From positions 1-36,964 of the IMG/VR virus record IMGVR_UViG_3300048576_000564: a stretch of DNA of 36,964 nt; one strand, written 5' to 3'. Under the pieces are notes generated by a model. It did no database searches and had not been told where the DNA came from. It saw only the letters and a program-made list of their open reading frames with translations. A program made the position numbers and the translations under genes. Each line of letters begins with the position of its first letter. Position 1 is the first letter of the stretch. This DNA is from a virus. Lineage: Duplodnaviria; Caudoviricetes. Positions 33,267 through 36,964 of this stretch are shown in pieces.

Positions 33267-35531
33267 TCAGGCCTGCAAAAAGTCCGGCCCGAAATCCTTC
33301 AGAAGCTTGGTGTGCGCGCGGTATTCCGGCGTGCCGACATAGACCAGCAGCTGCCGCGCATCCTCGGGCGGCAGGGCCTCCCCCGCCTCTATGCGCTGTT
33401 GCAATTTCCAGAACCGCGTGAAGCGCTGCTTCGGGCTTTCCGGCAGCACCGCCACCTTGGGCGAAGCCAGTTCCGCCGCGATCTCGGCGCGACGGGCCTC
33501 CACCGAGGCCAACGCCTCGGGCGAAAGTGCTTGTACGGGGGGCGGGTTCGATGCTCTCTCACGAGCATCTGCGGCACCCTGCGCTGCCTCCATGTCCGGT
33601 GTGGAATAGGGCGAAGATTTCGGAGGAAAAGCAGTCACCGAGGACGAGTGCTTCTGCGCGTCGCGGATGATGTCCAGACTGATGGTTCGGGTGTTGATTT
33701 CGCGCTGGTCCCGGCGGATCTGGCGCATCGCTTCCGAGAGATTCTGTTTCTGGCGGGCCTTGACCTCTGCCGCGACGGCGGCGCGCGAGATCCCCTCGCG
33801 TTCCGGGTTCACGGCGATGCCGACGAATTCCCAGGGATTGCCCCGGTAGACGTACACCCGACCGAGATCGTCCGGGTCCATCCGCACATGGACGGTTTCC
33901 CCAGGCATCAGGTCGGCGTGGTAGTAGTCGATCTTGCCGATCTTGATGCCCTTCTTGGTCACCGTGCGTGCCCCGCCCTTGTCGGCGGGTTCTGCCAGAA
34001 GCATCTCCAGGACACCGACGCCCTGGATCATCGAGACCGCGCCGCAATACGCCGCGCGCACTTCGAACGGCGTCTTGCCGTCGAGGCCGTCGTGCGGCTG
34101 CCGCGCGTAGACCGTCTCGGTCCATTCGTTGAGCCGCTCCTGGAGTTCCGCCGCCGTCAGCGCGACGCTGAAAATGTCCGCGTCGTCCTGCCCCAGGCGT
34201 TGGGAAAAGGCCTTCCTCGACTCGATCTTCCGCCGGTCGGTGACGCTGTGACCCACGTAGCCCGGCTGCATTTCCATGAACTGCTGCTGCACCGTGCCGA
34301 TGAAGCGCTCGACCGCCGCCTTCTGCTTCGGCGAATACGGCGCGCAAACATCCTGCTCGATGCCAAGGCGGCGGATGGTGTCCATGAAATGTTGGGATTT
34401 GAAGTCGCTGCCGTTGTCGGTCTTCAGCTTTTCCGCCATGCCCCAGGCGGTTTCCGGCCTGCCGCGCCAGCCGAGGATGCAGTCACGAATCAGCAGCAAC
34501 GCCGCAAGGCTCTTCGGCGTCTTGGTGACCCGGACGCGGCCCCAGCGGGAATGAATGTCGACGCAGGCGTAGATCGAATACCGCCCATCGGTGCACATCA
34601 CGTCCGAGGGGCTAGCGTCGATCTCCCACAGCTGGTTGCGGCGGATGATGTTCTTGTACATCTCGCCGGCGGCGTATTCGTACTTGTTGCGGTAGCCATC
34701 CGGGTCGGTGGCGTAGGCAAACAACGCCGGGTGATCGGCCTTCCACTGCGCGATGAACCGCTGGAAGCCGCGCTGGCTGGGCAGAGGTTTCTGGAATATC
34801 TCGCCGGTTTTCTGGTCCACCGTCTCGACTGTCTGGCCGAACGTTGCAACGGCGGCCTTGAAGACTTCCGTGACGTGGGCCTGCGGCTTCTTGGTGATGT
34901 AGGCGACTATCCAATCCGCGAGCTTTTCATGCCGCGCGAACACCCCGGTGTCCTTGCGGTTGCCGTACTTGCCAGAGAGCTTCTCGGGCGTTCCCGCCTT
35001 GCGCGGCGCGTCCCAGCGCTTGAGGCTCGGCGTGCTGATGTGCGGCACCGTTTCGTAGACCCACGCGGGGCAGTCGATCAGCCGTTGCCCATAGGCCTGC
35101 ACGAACCGTTCGCGGGCGACGCTGATCTCCTTCGCGCCACGGGAAAACCGGTCGAAGGCCGACATGATTTCAAGCCTGGAGTCCATCCGCCGCCGCCCGC
35201 GCTCCCCGAGCGTCGGGGCGGCCTTCCAGGCCGCGCTGCGCGTCGGGCGATAGGCTTCGCCGCCGCTCGATTCCGCCACCGGGGCGGCGCGCAGCGCGCC
35301 TTCACTCCGGTGGATCAATACCGCGTCGTAGACCGACGACGGCAGACCCGCGAGCGGGTACATGCGGCACTTGTTTCCAGTGGGAAGGATGTCCTCGTCG
35401 TAACGCCAAGTTTCTCTAGATGCACGACGATTCGCTTGGCTCGGGCTGATGGTGAGCGCCGCCGCGATCTCCTTGATGTCGGCGCGGGTAATGTCGGGCA
35501 TCCGCTCGCCGGTGTTGCGCTTCGACGCCAT
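33267..35531 (-). CDS. MuA-like DDE transposase
   Basis: N-terminal HTH; DDE triad WEID / KTDNGSDF / K..VER; Mu C-terminal R.DP.D.G...V. Confidence 0.95.
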   Translation of the reverse strand: MASKRNTGERMPDITRADIKEIAAALTISPSQANRRASRETWRYDEDILPTGNKCRMYPLAGLPSSVYDAVLIHRSEGALRAAPVAESSGGEAYRPTRSAAWKAAPTLGERGRRRMDSRLEIMSAFDRFSRGAKEISVARERFVQAYGQRLIDCPAWVYETVPHISTPSLKRWDAPRKAGTPEKLSGKYGNRKDTGVFARHEKLADWIVAYITKKPQAHVTEVFKAAVATFGQTVETVDQKTGEIFQKPLPSQRGFQRFIAQWKADHPALFAYATDPDGYRNKYEYAAGEMYKNIIRRNQLWEIDASPSDVMCTDGRYSIYACVDIHSRWGRVRVTKTPKSLAALLLIRDCILGWRGRPETAWGMAEKLKTDNGSDFKSQHFMDTIRRLGIEQDVCAPYSPKQKAAVERFIGTVQQQFMEMQPGYVGHSVTDRRKIESRKAFSQRLGQDDADIFSVALTAAELQERLNEWTETVYARQPHDGLDGKTPFEVRAAYCGAVSMIQGVGVLEMLLAEPADKGGARTVTKKGIKIGKIDYYHADLMPGETVHVRMDPDDLGRVYVYRGNPWEFVGIAVNPEREGISRAAVAAEVKARQKQNLSEAMRQIRRDQREINTRTISLDIIRDAQKHSSSVTAFPPKSSPYSTPDMEAAQGAADARERASNPPPVQALSPEALASVEARRAEIAAELASPKVAVLPESPKQRFTRFWKLQQRIEAGEALPPEDARQLLVYVGTPEYRAHTKLLKDFGPDFLQA

Positions 35532-35981
35532 TCACATGCCCCCTTTCCAGCGGCGGCGCGCGGCCAGGCCCTGCTGCGTCGCGTATTCCTTCCTGTCGTT
35601 CCAGATCGCCTCTTCCGCAGCGGCCAAGTATTTCTTGGGAATCACCGCCCAACCGAATTGATCGGCGATCATGTTGAGCAGGCGGATGTCGCGGGTGGCG
35701 TGGATCAGCGCCACGAAGCGCACCACGTTGATCACGTGATCTTCACGGGATTCGGAGGCATAAGCGTCCAGCATGGATTTCGGGCAGTCCTCGCCCAGGT
35801 ATGCGCCGATCTCTTCCGATATTGTCTCGCGCGGCTTGCCGCACTCTTTCAGCGCCAGGGCGACGCCCTTGGAAATCATCGCCCGCAGGCTCGCCGCCCG
35901 CACCTTGGCCGCCTCGAAAGCACGGACCATCGTCGGCGGCGACCAGTCGAACATGTCCAGCGTGCGGCGATCGCGGGCCAT
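35532..35981 (-). CDS. Phage regulatory protein (HTH)
   Basis: Start MARDRRTLDMF; R..I...LGE...K.MLDAYAS..RE.H.I. Confidence 0.7.
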   Translation of the reverse strand: MARDRRTLDMFDWSPPTMVRAFEAAKVRAASLRAMISKGVALALKECGKPRETISEEIGAYLGEDCPKSMLDAYASESREDHVINVVRFVALIHATRDIRLLNMIADQFGWAVIPKKYLAAAEEAIWNDRKEYATQQGLAARRRWKGGM

Positions 35982-35982
35982 C

Positions 35983-36351
35983 TCAGAGGCCGCCTTTCGC
36001 GGCGCTGCGGGCGCTGCGGGCGCGGCTGTTCGCATAGCCGGAGATCTGCAAGCGGTCTTCCAGCAGCGTGCCCTTGCGCGCACCATCTCGGGCGATGGTT
36101 TCGAGGCTGGTCGCCGCATCTTCGAGAGCCGCTCTCAGCGCAGAGAGGTAAACTTCCACCGCCTTTACGGCTTTTGAGGACGAGGTGCGGATTACATGAG
36201 CGGCATCGACCGCGAAGCGATCCCGCTCGGCTTCGAGCGTCTGGATCATGTTCGCCGCCGTGAACGCGAGGGCTTGATCGAACGTGGCGTCGTTGAGTTC
36301 GCGGATCAGGCGGCGGATGGCTTCGGAGCTGGTGTCGAAGGGAGCGCTCAT
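35983..36351 (-). CDS. Hypothetical coiled-coil protein
   Basis: ATGA-coupled; helical composition. Confidence 0.65.
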   Translation of the reverse strand: MSAPFDTSSEAIRRLIRELNDATFDQALAFTAANMIQTLEAERDRFAVDAAHVIRTSSSKAVKAVEVYLSALRAALEDAATSLETIARDGARKGTLLEDRLQISGYANSRARSARSAAKGGL

Positions 36352-36665
36352 TCCGCATCTCCCAGGCTGTCGAGCACCAGCCAGAACCGCCCGATCGCCG
36401 AGCGCTTAGCCGCGCGTGCCGGACCGAACAGGCTGGTGCAGATCAGGATCGCTTCGGGAATGCTGACCTGCCGGTGCAGGGCAATCAGCGCCCGCCGCAC
36501 CGCGATGTCGCCCCAGAAGGCTGGCTGGCGGCGGGGCCGCAATGCGCCGGTCAGGTACTGTTCCTGCAAGGTCTCGGCGGCATCGAGGGATTCCTCGACC
36601 CGCCGGGCGGCGAGTTGCAGACGCTCGGGCAGCGGACATGTCAGCGTGGAGGGCGCCATGTTCAT
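36348..36665 (-). CDS. Hypothetical protein
   Basis: ATGA overlap with the ner stop and AAGGAG SD; C-terminal ALH..V...EA...C...FG...A...S.IGRFW..LD. Confidence 0.65.
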   Translation of the reverse strand: MNMAPSTLTCPLPERLQLAARRVEESLDAAETLQEQYLTGALRPRRQPAFWGDIAVRRALIALHRQVSIPEAILICTSLFGPARAAKRSAIGRFWLVLDSLGDAE

Positions 36666-36964
36666 GCGGCGTCTCCTTTTTGACTGGTGCGCAGGCGCGG
36701 AGGGTTCGTATAGTTGCCCTTGGGTTGAGGCGAGAGGCGTTCCCCGGTTTTCGGGTCGTAGCGGCTCGGCCAGATCTGGCAGGGAGGGAGTTCGAGCGCT
36801 TCGGCGATCGCCATCTCTGCCGCGTGATACGGGCGTCGCGAGGCGTTCCGGCCGGTGCCGTCGGGCAGGCCGAACCGCCGTTCCACGTCCGCGAAGGTCA
36901 GGCCGCGGCAATTCAGCAAAAAGCGGATTTCCGCGGGAGATTTATCGGGTTTGGAGCGTACCAT
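36662..36964 (-). CDS. ner: Ner/Nlp-family early repressor
   Basis: I...L..RG.T, E.AIA.AL...P..IWPSRY signature; first early gene before MuA. Confidence 0.88.
   Translation of the reverse strand: MVRSKPDKSPAEIRFLLNCRGLTFADVERRFGLPDGTGRNASRRPYHAAEMAIAEALELPPCQIWPSRYDPKTGERLSPQPKGNYTNPPRLRTSQKGDAA

Larger units (their letters stand above)
1..36964 (-). mobile_element. Mu-like transposable prophage with contractile tail; ends and repressor outside window
   Basis: Co-oriented ner-MuA-MuB-gam-gemA-mor-lys-gp26/27/28-head-tail-MTase gene order, with many ATGA/TGATG overlaps. Confidence 0.96.

Noticed and set aside
33195-36263. 1022-aa plus-strand ORF and other long antisense ORFs (1562..3466, 11422..13464, 20066..21661)
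   Set aside because: Shadow frames of real minus-strand genes in high-GC DNA; no motifs and Arg/Gly/His-skewed composition
1-36964. Mu end sequences (TG...CA), target duplication and repressor gene
   Set aside because: The window begins at the MTase stop and ends at the ner start, so the ends lie outside

Overview
The whole window is the interior of one GC-rich, Mu-like (transposable) prophage, almost entirely on the minus strand. The host is probably an alphaproteobacterium (inferred from GC content and gene repertoire). From right to left it holds: ner, MuA DDE transposase and a MuB-type AAA+ ATPase; a semi-essential early region (Gam-like, ASCH, stand-alone TSCPD-like domain, adenine MTase, GemA, Mor/C activator); a lysis cassette (SAR endolysin, Rz with embedded Rz1); Mu gp25-28-like genes including both terminase subunits; a non-Mu-type head and contractile tail module (DUF1073 portal, MuF, DUF2213 protease/scaffold, DUF2184 capsid, DUF3383 sheath, DUF3277 tube, baseplate, fibres); and a broken Dam-like MTase where Mu has mom. 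The repressor gene and both prophage ends lie outside the window. Four features stand out. (1) Eight units of a short covarying palindrome (arm-CC-GNA-GCC-TY-GGC-GNA-GG-arm) sit inside early genes, one nested in another. (2) MuF carries a C-terminal toxin-like domain with a coupled small immunity-like gene. (3) A Mu terminase is joined to a foreign head-tail module. (4) A secreted SNase-type nuclease lies antisense in the early operon with its own apparently leaderless sigma70 promoter. Family names come from motif recognition by eye, not database searches.
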